Source: a bacterium (GTDB lineage Bacteria > Bacteroidota > Bacteroidia > NS11-12g > UBA955). From it: a DNA stretch of 64,000 bases. The notes beneath the pieces were generated by a model. That model had not been told where the DNA came from, made no database searches, and saw only the letters and a list, made by a program, of their open reading frames with translations. Shown here piece by piece: positions 49,395-59,360 of this stretch. The DNA lies in assembly GCA_029945665.1 (NCBI GenBank), contig JAQSCZ010000119.1:6277-70276 (forward strand). Direction: 5' to 3'. The position numbers and the translations under genes are program-made. Position 1 is the stretch's first letter. Each line of letters begins with the position of its first letter.

Positions 49395-49715
49395 TTACGA
49401 TTCTATTTCTTCTTTTTTAGGAACAAAATCTGACGGAACATTTTTCTTTATTTTTTCTAAGAAAACTTTTGAAGGTTTAAATTTAGGAATAAAGTGCGCG
49501 TCGATTACAAGGGCTGTGTTTTTAGAGATGTTTCTTGCAACTTTTCTGGCTCTTTTTTTCAAAATAAAACTTCCAAAACCTCTAAAATAAAGGTTCTCAC
49601 CTTTGGACATGTTGTTTTTTACAATCTTAAAAAAAGATTCGATAGATTCTGATATCATAACCTTGTCAATACCAGTCTTCTCTGCGATTTCGTTTACTAC
49701 TTCTGCTTTTGTCAT
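49395..49715 (-). CDS. HU/IHF family DNA-binding protein
   Basis: MTKAEVVNEIAEKTGI...RGFGSF..K.R..R.ARN....T...I.A...P.FKPSK is the canonical HU fold signature. Confidence 0.9.
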   Translation of the reverse strand: MTKAEVVNEIAEKTGIDKVMISESIESFFKIVKNNMSKGENLYFRGFGSFILKKRARKVARNISKNTALVIDAHFIPKFKPSKVFLEKIKKNVPSDFVPKKEEIES

Positions 49716-49772
49716 ACTTAAATGTTGTTAATTTGAATATTATTATAGACTTTATAAAAGGGATAACACACT

Positions 49773-50816
49773 ATGAATCAAATTGTTTTCGAAATTTTAA
49801 ATTGGTACAGAAATAATTTAAGAAAATTGCCTTGGAGGACAACAAATGACCCCTATAAAATTTGGCTTTCTGAAATAATACTGCAACAAACTCAAATAAT
49901 TCAAGGTTTAAACTATTATGAAAAATTCATTGAAAATTTTTCATCTGTGAATGCCCTTGCAAAAGCCGATGAGGATACAATTTTAAAACTTTGGCAAGGT
50001 TTAGGATATTACAGTCGGGCAAGAAATTTACATAAAGCAGCCAAAATTGTCAATGAATTACACCAAGGGCAATTTCCAACCCGATATGATGATATTTTAA
50101 AACTACCTGGTATAGGAGAATATACAGCCGCGGCCATTGCTTCTTTTGCCTATGAATTGCCCTACCCAACACTTGACGGAAATGTTTTCAGATTCATTGC
50201 TCGCTTGTACAATATCGATTTACCGATTGATCAATCTAAAAACCGGAAAATTTTTATTGATTTGCTAAATGAAATGATGATTGGACAGAAGCCAAGCACA
50301 TTTAATAACGCCATGATGGAAATGGGGGCGATGGTTTGCAAACCCCAAAATCCACTTTGCAACATCTGTCCTGTTCGAATATACTGTGAGGGCTATAAAA
50401 ATAACACCATTGCCAAACTTCCGGTAAAAAGCAATAAAGTTAAAGTATCAAAAAGACATCTAAATTTCTTTTTAATCGAATATAAGAATGGTTTTTACTT
50501 AGAACAAAGAGAAGGAAAGGGCATTTGGCAAAATTTATTTCAATTGCCATTGATTGAAACTAAAACAGATGTAAAAAGAGAGCATTTAGAACCTCTTTTG
50601 GCTAAATTGCTTAATACCGATAAAACACATAATATAGAATTTCAACAGAGTGTTAGACACCTACTAACGCATCAAATTATAGAAGCTAAATTTTGGAAAG
50701 TTAAAACCAATAAAAAGCCTACATTCATAAACCCAAAAACTGTCTATACCAATCTTTCTGACTATAAAATCTTTGCAGTACCAAAATTGATAGAAAATTA
50801 TTTATTACTTTTGTAG
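49773..50816 (+). CDS. mutY: A/G-specific adenine glycosylase
   Basis: LPWR...PYKIWLSEIILQQTQ, the HhH motif LPGIGEYTAAAI, the 4Fe-4S cluster CKPQNPLCNICPVRIYC, and a C-terminal NUDIX-like domain. Confidence 0.9.
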   Translation: MNQIVFEILNWYRNNLRKLPWRTTNDPYKIWLSEIILQQTQIIQGLNYYEKFIENFSSVNALAKADEDTILKLWQGLGYYSRARNLHKAAKIVNELHQGQFPTRYDDILKLPGIGEYTAAAIASFAYELPYPTLDGNVFRFIARLYNIDLPIDQSKNRKIFIDLLNEMMIGQKPSTFNNAMMEMGAMVCKPQNPLCNICPVRIYCEGYKNNTIAKLPVKSNKVKVSKRHLNFFLIEYKNGFYLEQREGKGIWQNLFQLPLIETKTDVKREHLEPLLAKLLNTDKTHNIEFQQSVRHLLTHQIIEAKFWKVKTNKKPTFINPKTVYTNLSDYKIFAVPKLIENYLLLL

Positions 50817-50847
50817 CATAATTTCTCTTAAATTGTAAACTTTTTAT

Positions 50848-51270
50848 ATGGTAAATAAAGTATTTTTGTTAGGTCGGTTAGGTAAAGATCCAGAGGTTAA
50901 ATATCTAGATAATAATAGAGCAGTAGCTAATTTCACACTTGCTACCAATGAAGTTTTTCTTGATAAATCTGGTAACAAGGTGGAACAAACAGATTGGCAT
51001 AACATTGAAATGTGGGATGCTTTAGCTAAAAACGCTGAAAAAGTTTTGAAAAAAGGGCGTACTGTTTTTATTGAAGGTAAGATAAAAAACGACACCTGGG
51101 TGGATAAAGAAGGAAATAAAAGGACAACAATGCGTATAAGAGCTTTACAATTCCAAGTTGTTAGTACACACAACCCTAACAGTAACGAGCATTCTAATCA
51201 CGATAAGCATGACCATCCCAACGAAAATGGTCCTACACACGATGACAATGAAACAGGATTACCATTTTAA
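50848..51270 (+). CDS. ssb: Single-stranded DNA-binding protein
   Basis: MVNKVFLLGRLGKDPEVKY...TDWHNI..W OB-fold, with the acidic tail ending DDNETGLPF. Confidence 0.95.
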   Translation: MVNKVFLLGRLGKDPEVKYLDNNRAVANFTLATNEVFLDKSGNKVEQTDWHNIEMWDALAKNAEKVLKKGRTVFIEGKIKNDTWVDKEGNKRTTMRIRALQFQVVSTHNPNSNEHSNHDKHDHPNENGPTHDDNETGLPF

Positions 51271-51287
51271 ATTTATTTAACTACTCA

Positions 51288-52646
51288 ATGGTTGCAGATG
51301 ACCCCTACCCTATACAATTAATTTTACTTCAAACTCAAAGTATAATCAATCCAAATTTAGCTAACGAAAGTTGGTTCTATTTAATTGGATCTGTACTTGC
51401 ACTTATATTTTTAATCGCTTGTTCTGGCTTTTTTTCTGCTTCAGAAAACGCATTATTTTCTCTCTCTCAAACTGACCTTGATTCACTTAAAAAAAGTGAA
51501 ACACCTGCTTCTAAGGCTGTTCTCAAATTGCTTCTCCATCCAAGGAAATTGCTTGCTACGATCCTTACTGCCAATAATTTCATTAATATTACCTTTGTTA
51601 TCATCAGTTCTTCATTTCTTGAAGTCATCTTTAATTTCCCAAAGAGAGAACATGAAGAAATTTCATTGACCGAGTTTTTAGTAAAATTAGTAGTGGTTAC
51701 GCTTTTACTATTAATGCTAGGTGAAGTTTTACCAAAGGTATACGCAACTAAAAAAAACTTAGCGATTTCTAAATTAACTGCTTTACCACTAGTTTTTGCG
51801 CAAAAACTATTTGGGTTTATTGTTATTCCAATGGTAACCTTTACTACTTTTATTGATAAGAGAGTCCGAAAACATGAACACTCAGTTTCTGCAGATGAAC
51901 TTAGCCACGCCATTGATATTACCGCAGATAGTAGTGCCAATAAAGATGAAAAAGAGATTCTGAAAGGCATTGTTAACTTCGGCAATAAAACGGTAAGGCA
52001 AATTATGAAAAACCGAGGCGATGTTTCGGCCTTAGAATTACAGCTTAATTTTGACGAAATGCTCAAAAACATTACGGAATTAGGCTATAGTAGATTGCCT
52101 GTATACGAAGATAATTTCGACAATATTAAAGGTGTCATTTATATCAAAGAATTGCTCCCTTTTATAAATGAATCGAGCAATTACGATTGGCGTAAATTGA
52201 TGAAACCTGCATTCTTCGTGCCTGATAATAAAAGAATCGATTTATTGCTATCTGAATTCCAAGAACAAAGAATGCACATGGCGATTGTGGTTGATGAGTA
52301 TGGAGGCAAACTTGGAATTGTTACCATGGAGGATATTTTAGAAGAAATTTTTGGTGAAATAAATGACGAGTTTGATGAAGAGCCGCTTAGCTATAGCAAA
52401 ATTGACGAGAACAAATATATTATTGAAGGCAAATTTCTTATCAATGATTTTTGTAAAATATTAAATATAGATAGTAATTTTTTTGATGAAGTTAAAGGTG
52501 AAGCGGAAACGGTTGCAGGCATGCTATTAGAATTGGCGGGGAAAATACCTAACCGCGGCGAAACAATAAAATACGAGAATTATAGTTTTTATATTGAATC
52601 GGTTGATAACAGAAAAATTAAAAGAATAAAAGTTGAAATTTCATGA
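51288..52646 (+). CDS. gldE: Gliding motility-associated protein GldE (DUF21-CBS-CorC transporter family)
   Basis: DUF21 TM domain, a CBS pair and a CorC/HlyC C-terminal domain. The conserved Bacteroidota synteny ssb-gldE-gldD is present. Confidence 0.85.
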   Translation: MVADDPYPIQLILLQTQSIINPNLANESWFYLIGSVLALIFLIACSGFFSASENALFSLSQTDLDSLKKSETPASKAVLKLLLHPRKLLATILTANNFINITFVIISSSFLEVIFNFPKREHEEISLTEFLVKLVVVTLLLLMLGEVLPKVYATKKNLAISKLTALPLVFAQKLFGFIVIPMVTFTTFIDKRVRKHEHSVSADELSHAIDITADSSANKDEKEILKGIVNFGNKTVRQIMKNRGDVSALELQLNFDEMLKNITELGYSRLPVYEDNFDNIKGVIYIKELLPFINESSNYDWRKLMKPAFFVPDNKRIDLLLSEFQEQRMHMAIVVDEYGGKLGIVTMEDILEEIFGEINDEFDEEPLSYSKIDENKYIIEGKFLINDFCKILNIDSNFFDEVKGEAETVAGMLLELAGKIPNRGETIKYENYSFYIESVDNRKIKRIKVEIS

Positions 52647-53218
52647 GAACTGGATTTATATTAATATTAATATTATTAGGGCTCAATGCTTGTAAGAACA
52701 ACAATTTCACGCCTAAACCGCATGGATATCCCCGTGTATATTATCCCATAAAAGCTTATCAAATATTTGATAGCAATGCGCCATTTAGCTTCTTGTATCC
52801 AACCTATGCCGAGGTAAAAAATTATGATGAAAGCGATGTACAAAACTATTGGTACAACATTAATTACCTGCCGTTTAATGCGACACTCCACATTAGCTAC
52901 AAGTCTTTTAAAAATCGCAATCAGTTTGATTCCCTATTTGATGACACAAGAAAATTAGCTTACAAACACACCATCAAAGCTGATGAAATAGAAGAAACTG
53001 AAGTTCACAATTCTAGCACTGGAACCTCCGGTATTATTTATGATTTAAAAGGCAATACAGCTACTAATCTTAATTTTTATGTAAGCGATGGTAAAAAACA
53101 TTTCCTAAGGGGCGCTCTTTATTTCAATGCTAAAACTACAAATGACAGTATTTTGCCAGTTTTTAATTTTCTGAGAGAAGATGTGGTGAAAATGATTGAA
53201 AGCACTAAATGGAAATAA
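52643..53218 (+). CDS. gldD: Gliding motility lipoprotein GldD
   Basis: Lipobox GLNAC. PKPHGYPRVYYP, YKHTIKADEI and LKGNTATNLNFYVSDGKKHFLRGALYFN match my recollection of F. johnsoniae GldD. It has a 4-nt overlap with gldE. Confidence 0.85.
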   Translation: MRTGFILILILLGLNACKNNNFTPKPHGYPRVYYPIKAYQIFDSNAPFSFLYPTYAEVKNYDESDVQNYWYNINYLPFNATLHISYKSFKNRNQFDSLFDDTRKLAYKHTIKADEIEETEVHNSSTGTSGIIYDLKGNTATNLNFYVSDGKKHFLRGALYFNAKTTNDSILPVFNFLREDVVKMIESTKWK

Positions 53219-53723
53219 ATCAGATAGCCTCGGCCACATCGAGGTGAAATCCATTTTGATTCTTTTTGCCAAATCCTTGATCTAATCTTATATTTAGCTT
53301 ATCCTTGTTTTTACTTTTCAGAAAAACAATGACAGAAGGCTCGCCTATTGTCAATTTTGTCTGTGCAAAATTATTGTAATCCTAGCAAAGGTATAAAAAT
53401 TAACTGCTCATGAAGTTTAAATCTCGCAGCATAATTTGAAACTGCATGCAATGACAAATGAAATATTTTCATAAAATCTTTTAGAATTAAACTGCATTTC
53501 TATCTAAAATGCTAATTAAAATCTTGTCCATTTATTTTCACAATTACAAAGTTACGACTTGTTAAATGTATCATTTTAAGGAACTAAGAACTATAAATAT
53601 ACAAATCCATAAATAAACATTTAAAATCAAAACTACAGATTCCAAATCCAATATAATTTCAATCATTTTTTGTATTATTCTCATTGTTTTTGCATTAATT
53701 CGTATTAATAAACCAATAAATAA

Positions 53724-54725
53724 TTGAAAAACGCAATAAATTTTCAGGTCCGTTTTAACCAAATATTATCGGATCATGTGCCATCTAACCTATCTGTTGC
53801 TAGAGAGATTAGTGAATTATTAGACATTAGTTTAGATAGTACTTACCGCAGGTTGAGAAATGAAACAGAATATACTTTCAACGAAGTGTCAGCTATATCA
53901 AATCATTTTGGAATTCCATTCGAAAGTTTGGGCAACAGTCAAACGAATCTTGTAACTTTCAAAATCAACCTTTTGAATAATGACATTGATTCCTATTTAA
54001 AGTACCTCCAAAATATTCTAATAAATATTGAGCGATTAAGTCATATTGAGGATGCGCGAATAATAATTGCGGCTGAAGACATTCCTGTTTTCTACCATTT
54101 TATAGCGCCCGAATTAATGCAATTTAAAATGATTTATTGGCTTAAGTCTCTTATGAATGTTACTGACTTTCAGTTCAAAAACTTCGAAAGCATTGTAATT
54201 CCAGAAGAAATTGTAAAAACAGCTAGACAAATCAATCAATATTACGAGAAAATTGAATCTACAGAAATATGGACCAACGAAACGATTTTGAGCACGCTTA
54301 AACAATTGAAATTTTACTGGGATGCGGGCTTTTTTAGTAAACCTGAAACCGCTTTTATGATATTAGATGATTTTGAATCTACAATTAAAAATATTCAGAA
54401 AAATGCAGACATTGGATTTAAATATTTACAAAATGGAACGTTGACGAATGTGAAATTTCAATTTTTTGTGAGTGATGTCATGATAGGAACCAACAGCATT
54501 TTAGCCAAAACCAATACATTTTCAGCAACTTACATAAGTTATAGCACATTTAATTTTATGCAAACAACCAATGAAGCGTTTAATCATCAAAATGAAAATT
54601 GGTTAAATAATATACTCTCTAAATCTACCCTAATGAGCGGCGTCTCTGAAAAACAAAGGAACCAATTCTTTAAAAACATCCACAAGCAGATTCAAGAAAT
54701 GCGTGTTTATTTCGAAAATAATTAA
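53724..54725 (+). CDS. Helix-turn-helix domain protein (putative transcriptional regulator, 333 aa)
   Basis: N-terminal HTH-like segment NLSVAREISELLDISLDSTYRRLRNE. The TTG start is immediately preceded by an in-frame TAA. The C-terminal ~270 aa are uncharacterised. Confidence 0.55.
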   Translation: MKNAINFQVRFNQILSDHVPSNLSVAREISELLDISLDSTYRRLRNETEYTFNEVSAISNHFGIPFESLGNSQTNLVTFKINLLNNDIDSYLKYLQNILINIERLSHIEDARIIIAAEDIPVFYHFIAPELMQFKMIYWLKSLMNVTDFQFKNFESIVIPEEIVKTARQINQYYEKIESTEIWTNETILSTLKQLKFYWDAGFFSKPETAFMILDDFESTIKNIQKNADIGFKYLQNGTLTNVKFQFFVSDVMIGTNSILAKTNTFSATYISYSTFNFMQTTNEAFNHQNENWLNNILSKSTLMSGVSEKQRNQFFKNIHKQIQEMRVYFENN

Positions 54726-55540
54726 CCTTTTAGAATTTTTGAATTTTTAAGGTAGATTTTGTGTGGATAGTAAGAAAACACACAAGCACCATTGCTAATA
54801 GTATTAGCCAAATGATTAATAACATTCTCAGATACTGCAGGGCAACCCTGACTGCGCCCAAGCCTTTGATTGCTTCGGATAAAAGATTCACTTACATAAT
54901 CTGCTCCATGAATTACAATGCCTCGCTCAAAAGCCTTACTATTAAACTTGTTTTCAACTCCAAATAAACGCAGTGATGTTTCATGCTTACCTTTGTAAAT
55001 ATCTCCTGTAAGAAAAAACCCTATGCTACTTTGAAAAGAATTGGTGGTATTCGAAAATTTGCGAGCATACTCATTGCCACTATTGCGGCCGTGTGCAACT
55101 AACTCATGAAATAACACTTTCAAATTGCGTAAATCGAGCACCCACAATCTTTTTTGATTCGAAGAAAGCGAATAATCAATGATGGTAAGCGTGTCCTTTT
55201 TTTGTATCGTGCCTTGGTTCAATAAAAAGAAATAACCCCTAAGGGCATAGTTGAAAACTTTTTTATTCAAACCCAATTCAGAATGAAAAAGCCCTGTATA
55301 AAAACTATCAACTACTTGCTCAGAATTTACCATAACACAGGATTCTGTACAAACAGGCACACTAGAAAATGAAGAAGAATCCTTTATTATCAAAGGAACT
55401 ACGGTTTCATCAGTGCTAATTTTATAAGTATATGCACTTATAAAAAAAGCCACTACGACTAATAGGAATGTATTTTTTAGTATACGCACAGACAACAAAG
55501 GTATAAAAAATGTGGATAAGTGCAAATTTATTATGCTCAC
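54722..55540 (-). CDS. L,D-transpeptidase catalytic-domain family protein (YkuD_2-like)
   Basis: N-terminal anchor, then GIVIHGADYV...GRSQGCPAV, i.e. the His/Cys active-site pattern. GTG start. Confidence 0.8.
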   Translation of the reverse strand: MSIINLHLSTFFIPLLSVRILKNTFLLVVVAFFISAYTYKISTDETVVPLIIKDSSSFSSVPVCTESCVMVNSEQVVDSFYTGLFHSELGLNKKVFNYALRGYFFLLNQGTIQKKDTLTIIDYSLSSNQKRLWVLDLRNLKVLFHELVAHGRNSGNEYARKFSNTTNSFQSSIGFFLTGDIYKGKHETSLRLFGVENKFNSKAFERGIVIHGADYVSESFIRSNQRLGRSQGCPAVSENVINHLANTISNGACVFSYYPHKIYLKNSKILKG

Positions 55541-55943
55541 ATGCCGCTCTACGGCTAGTATTGGCGAGACTTGACAAAAAATTCATTCTTGTTTAAAGAC
55601 CATTTCGAAACAATCCCATGAAAAGCGTTTATATTCTCTGATAATTGAATCAAAACCAAAATGCAAAAAAACAAAAGCAAAAAATACTAGGTTCGAAAAA
55701 CATTGATGGCAATTCGCAAAATGTATTTAAAAAAAGTTCCTTTTGTAGTGTCATATAAATACAAATGATTCATAAATATAAAGGTAGATTAGTTCATTTT
55801 GAATAAGCTCTTTCAAACTATTATTAAAAAGCAAAATGTAAACCTATCAAGTATTTCTATAATTAACAATTCAATTGTTTATAGATAGCTTTTAAATTAT
55901 TTATATCACCTATTTTCGCATTGTAAAACATATTTCAGAATAG

Positions 55944-57581
55944 ATGAGCACAAAAGTTGACCTAGAGTTCAATAAAAACGAAGACTTAAACAAGCAATTG
56001 GTCTACGATTTAAAAACACGTTTCAAAAAAGTAGCATTGGGCGGAGGCGAGAAAGCAGCAGCCAAACAGAAAGAAAAAGGCAAAATGCTTTGTCGTGAAC
56101 GCATTGAATATTTGCGTGATCAAGATAAACCATTTACTGAAATTGGTGCATTTACTGGCGATGGCATGTATGCCGAATATGGCGGTTGCCCAAGCGGCGG
56201 TGTCGTAACAGGAATTGGTTATGTAAGTGGCAGACAATGTATAATAGTTGCAAATGATGCGACTGTAAAGGCTGGAGCTTGGTTCCCTATTACTGCTAAA
56301 AAGAATTTAAGAGCACAAGAAATTGCAATGGAAAACAGATTACCTATTATCTATTTAGTAGATAGTGCTGGCGTATTCCTCCCGATGCAAGATGAAATAT
56401 TTCCGGACAAAGAACATTTCGGTAGAATGTTTAGAAATAATGCTTTAATGAGTAGTATGGGTATTACCCAAATTGCTGCTGTCATGGGCAGTTGTGTTGC
56501 AGGTGGCGCCTATTTACCCATCATGAGCGATGAAGCCCTTATTGTTGAAGGTACGGGATCAATATTTTTAGCAGGTAGTTATTTAGTAAAGGCTGCTATT
56601 GGCGAGGAAATAGATAACGAAACATTGGGCGGAGCAACTACTCAGAGTGAAATTAGTGGTGTAATTGATGACAAATTTCCTGATGACAAAAGCTGTCTTG
56701 ATAGAATTAAATACATTATGGACAAAATTGGACATTTTGAAACAGCGGGTTTTGACCGAGTAGCAACCGTTAAACCAATAAAAAAAGAAAGTGAGATATA
56801 TGGTATATTGCCTGCTGATAGAGGGAAAACTTACGATACAATGGAGATTATTGAACGGTTAGTTGATGGCAGTGAATTTGAACAATACAAAGAAGGATTT
56901 GGTAAAAGTATCATTTGTGGTTATGCTAGAATTGATGGTTGGGCGGTTGGTATTGTTGCCAACAATCGTCAACTTGTAAAGAGCAAAAAAGGTGAAATGC
57001 AGTTTGGGGGAGTTATCTATAGTGATAGTGCTGACAAATCTGCAAGATTTATAATGAATTGTAATCAAAAGAAAATACCATTGGTGTTTTTACAAGATGT
57101 TACTGGTTTTATGGTTGGCAGTAGAAGCGAACAAGGAGGTATTATAAAAGACGGCGCAAAAATGGTAAATGCAATGAGCAATAGTACGGTTCCAAAATTT
57201 ACAATTATTATGGGCAATAGCTTTGGAGCTGGCAATTATGCCATGTGTGGCAAGGCTTATGACCCGCGATTAATTTATGCTTGGCCAGGTTCTAAAATTG
57301 CAGTAATGGGCGGAGAGCAAGCAGCTAAAACATTGCTTCAAATTGAAAAGGCTAGCTTAATTTCTAAAGGGGAGGTAATTACTCCTGAAGCAGAAAAAGC
57401 TTTATTAGATAAAATTACTGACCGCTATAATACGCAAATGAGTCCATATTACGCAGCAGCTCGCTTATGGGTGGATGGCATTATTGACCCAATGGAAACT
57501 CGCTCTGTTATTAGCGAAGGAATAAGCATGGCCAATCATGCTCCTGTTAAACAATTTAACGTCGGTGTTATTCAAACATAG
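55944..57581 (+). CDS. Acyl-CoA carboxylase carboxyltransferase (beta) subunit, methylcrotonyl/propionyl-CoA type
   Basis: 545 aa with two crotonase-like halves (ANDATVKAGAW...; VGIVANN...FLQDVTGFMVG). Confidence 0.9.
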   Translation: MSTKVDLEFNKNEDLNKQLVYDLKTRFKKVALGGGEKAAAKQKEKGKMLCRERIEYLRDQDKPFTEIGAFTGDGMYAEYGGCPSGGVVTGIGYVSGRQCIIVANDATVKAGAWFPITAKKNLRAQEIAMENRLPIIYLVDSAGVFLPMQDEIFPDKEHFGRMFRNNALMSSMGITQIAAVMGSCVAGGAYLPIMSDEALIVEGTGSIFLAGSYLVKAAIGEEIDNETLGGATTQSEISGVIDDKFPDDKSCLDRIKYIMDKIGHFETAGFDRVATVKPIKKESEIYGILPADRGKTYDTMEIIERLVDGSEFEQYKEGFGKSIICGYARIDGWAVGIVANNRQLVKSKKGEMQFGGVIYSDSADKSARFIMNCNQKKIPLVFLQDVTGFMVGSRSEQGGIIKDGAKMVNAMSNSTVPKFTIIMGNSFGAGNYAMCGKAYDPRLIYAWPGSKIAVMGGEQAAKTLLQIEKASLISKGEVITPEAEKALLDKITDRYNTQMSPYYAAARLWVDGIIDPMETRSVISEGISMANHAPVKQFNVGVIQT

Positions 57582-57892
57582 TCTATTTTTTAGTTTATAT
57601 TTTACTGGTCTCAAATACGAGAATAAGCCCATTTTTTGAAAAATAATTATTTTTTTTTAGTAAGTCATTAGGCTTAATTAATTTCAAATAAAATTCATAA
57701 AACACACTTATTCATGTACTTATAATTAATTTATTTCAAATAAGTATATGCACTTATGTCTAAAATTTGGCATGAAATATTTTATACTTTTTTTTGGTGA
57801 AAATTTGGTTTTTCAATTAAGTTACCTTTAAATTTGACAAACGACATTGAAAATATTTTACTATTTCTCACTAAAAACACAACACTAAAACT

Positions 57893-58846
57893 ATGAAACG
57901 AGAAGAACTAAGACGCTACAAAATGAGTGATTCACAATTGGTGCAATTGGCCGACAAACTTAAAAAATCTGCAACCCGCGACCTTGAAGATTTGGCAGAT
58001 TTTGGCGTATTACCTGCAACACTCATTGCATTTCAATCTGCTAGAGATGCCTTTTACAATAGCCCTACCGATGAATCTTTGAGCGAGGATGTGGTTATTG
58101 CAACCCAAATTCAAAATGCTGAGAAATCAGTTTTAATGCAACAGATTAGACAAATATCTGAAAGAGCACGAATCAAATACGGCGACTCTGATTTCAGATT
58201 TAGAAAGTATGGCGTTGATTTGTTAAGCAAGCAAAGAACCGATGAAATTGTTCGCACAGGCCGCAGGGTTCAGAAAGTAGCGACCGAGCAACTTCCTGAA
58301 TTATGCACAGAAGGCATCAGTCAAGCCATGCTCGATACACTTGGTATCTTAAATAATAATCTCGATGAGCTAATTGATAGCCAACTTGATACCATTAAAA
58401 ACAGAGACATTGCGGTTGATTTGAGAATCATGAGTGGAAATACATTGTATTCTATGATGGTAACCATCGCTGCAAAAGGTATTCTATGCTGGTTAGACAT
58501 TAGCGAAAAACGTTATAATGATTATGTGCTTTCTGAAAACCATACCATAGATGGTCATATCATTGATGGACAAATAGCGAGCAAAGGCGTTGTAAATGCT
58601 AGTGCAACGGGCGTAAGTAGCGGCACTGTATTTAGATTTACCAATACAGGCCATTCCCCTTTGAATTTTTATTTTTCAATTAATCCAACCGATGTAAAAT
58701 TAGCCAATTCAGTTGAAGTATTGCCTGGCGCAAGTCAAACTGTTACTCCATCCAATATTGGTTATAATGAAGATACCAATGCAACCCGCTTAATTATTAA
58801 TAATTCTGGCATACTTGGTGGTTCTTATGCCATTGAGTGGACCTAA
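57893..58846 (+). CDS. Hypothetical protein (317 aa; helical N-domain plus beta-rich C-domain)
   Basis: No signal peptide and no motif recognised. Coding-like composition throughout. Confidence 0.55.
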   Translation: MKREELRRYKMSDSQLVQLADKLKKSATRDLEDLADFGVLPATLIAFQSARDAFYNSPTDESLSEDVVIATQIQNAEKSVLMQQIRQISERARIKYGDSDFRFRKYGVDLLSKQRTDEIVRTGRRVQKVATEQLPELCTEGISQAMLDTLGILNNNLDELIDSQLDTIKNRDIAVDLRIMSGNTLYSMMVTIAAKGILCWLDISEKRYNDYVLSENHTIDGHIIDGQIASKGVVNASATGVSSGTVFRFTNTGHSPLNFYFSINPTDVKLANSVEVLPGASQTVTPSNIGYNEDTNATRLIINNSGILGGSYAIEWT

Positions 58847-59341
58847 TCATTTAAATCCAATCACTTCTCCGTCCTTATAGACATAAGTTCCTCTTAAAGT
58901 ACCATCTTTATTGTAATAAGGCCATGCTCCATCTTTCTTGTCATTTTTAAATTGACTAGTTGCATTTATTTGTCCCGTTTTATAATAATACTCACAAGGT
59001 CCTTCCATCGTATCTTGTGAGTAATAAATTTTATTGGCTACCCCCCCACTGTCAAAATAGGAGACCCAAAGTCCTTCTTTCTTTTTATTTTTCAGTTGAC
59101 CTTCGTTACACTTGAATCCGCTTATAAAATAATAAACAGAAAAAGTATCAACTTTGGGTTTAAATAAAAGCGTCCTTCGAAATTCAGTTGGCAACAATTT
59201 TACCAATTCTAATTGCGAAGGATCCAATCTTAAAGTATCATTGATGAAAAAATCATTATCTGATGTGCTCACTGTTTTCTGAGCAATTAGTTTGAAATTG
59301 AAAATTATTAATAGCAACGTTATAAATAATTTCGACTTCAA
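58847..59341 (-). CDS. MORN-repeat-variant (YwqK-like) protein, secreted
   Basis: Signal peptide ...KLIAQ and MORN_2-like units (KKEGLWVSYFDSGG, EGPCEYYYKTGQI, KKDGAWPYYNKDGTL). TTG start. Confidence 0.7.
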   Translation of the reverse strand: MKSKLFITLLLIIFNFKLIAQKTVSTSDNDFFINDTLRLDPSQLELVKLLPTEFRRTLLFKPKVDTFSVYYFISGFKCNEGQLKNKKKEGLWVSYFDSGGVANKIYYSQDTMEGPCEYYYKTGQINATSQFKNDKKDGAWPYYNKDGTLRGTYVYKDGEVIGFK

Positions 59342-59360
59342 TATACTTTGTTAAAATGAA

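Noticed and set aside
51467-52072. 201-aa antisense ORF inside gldE, with similar cases at 19464-19922, 18073-18465, 50844-51173 and 17772-18176
   Set aside because: Each lies opposite a well-supported gene (gldE, mlaE, mlaD, ssb). The sequences are low-complexity with no start context or motif.
58847-59341. YwqK-type 'antitoxin', implying a toxin-antitoxin module
   Set aside because: The protein has a signal peptide and only MORN-variant repeats. No adjacent toxin-like gene exists; the neighbour is convergent.
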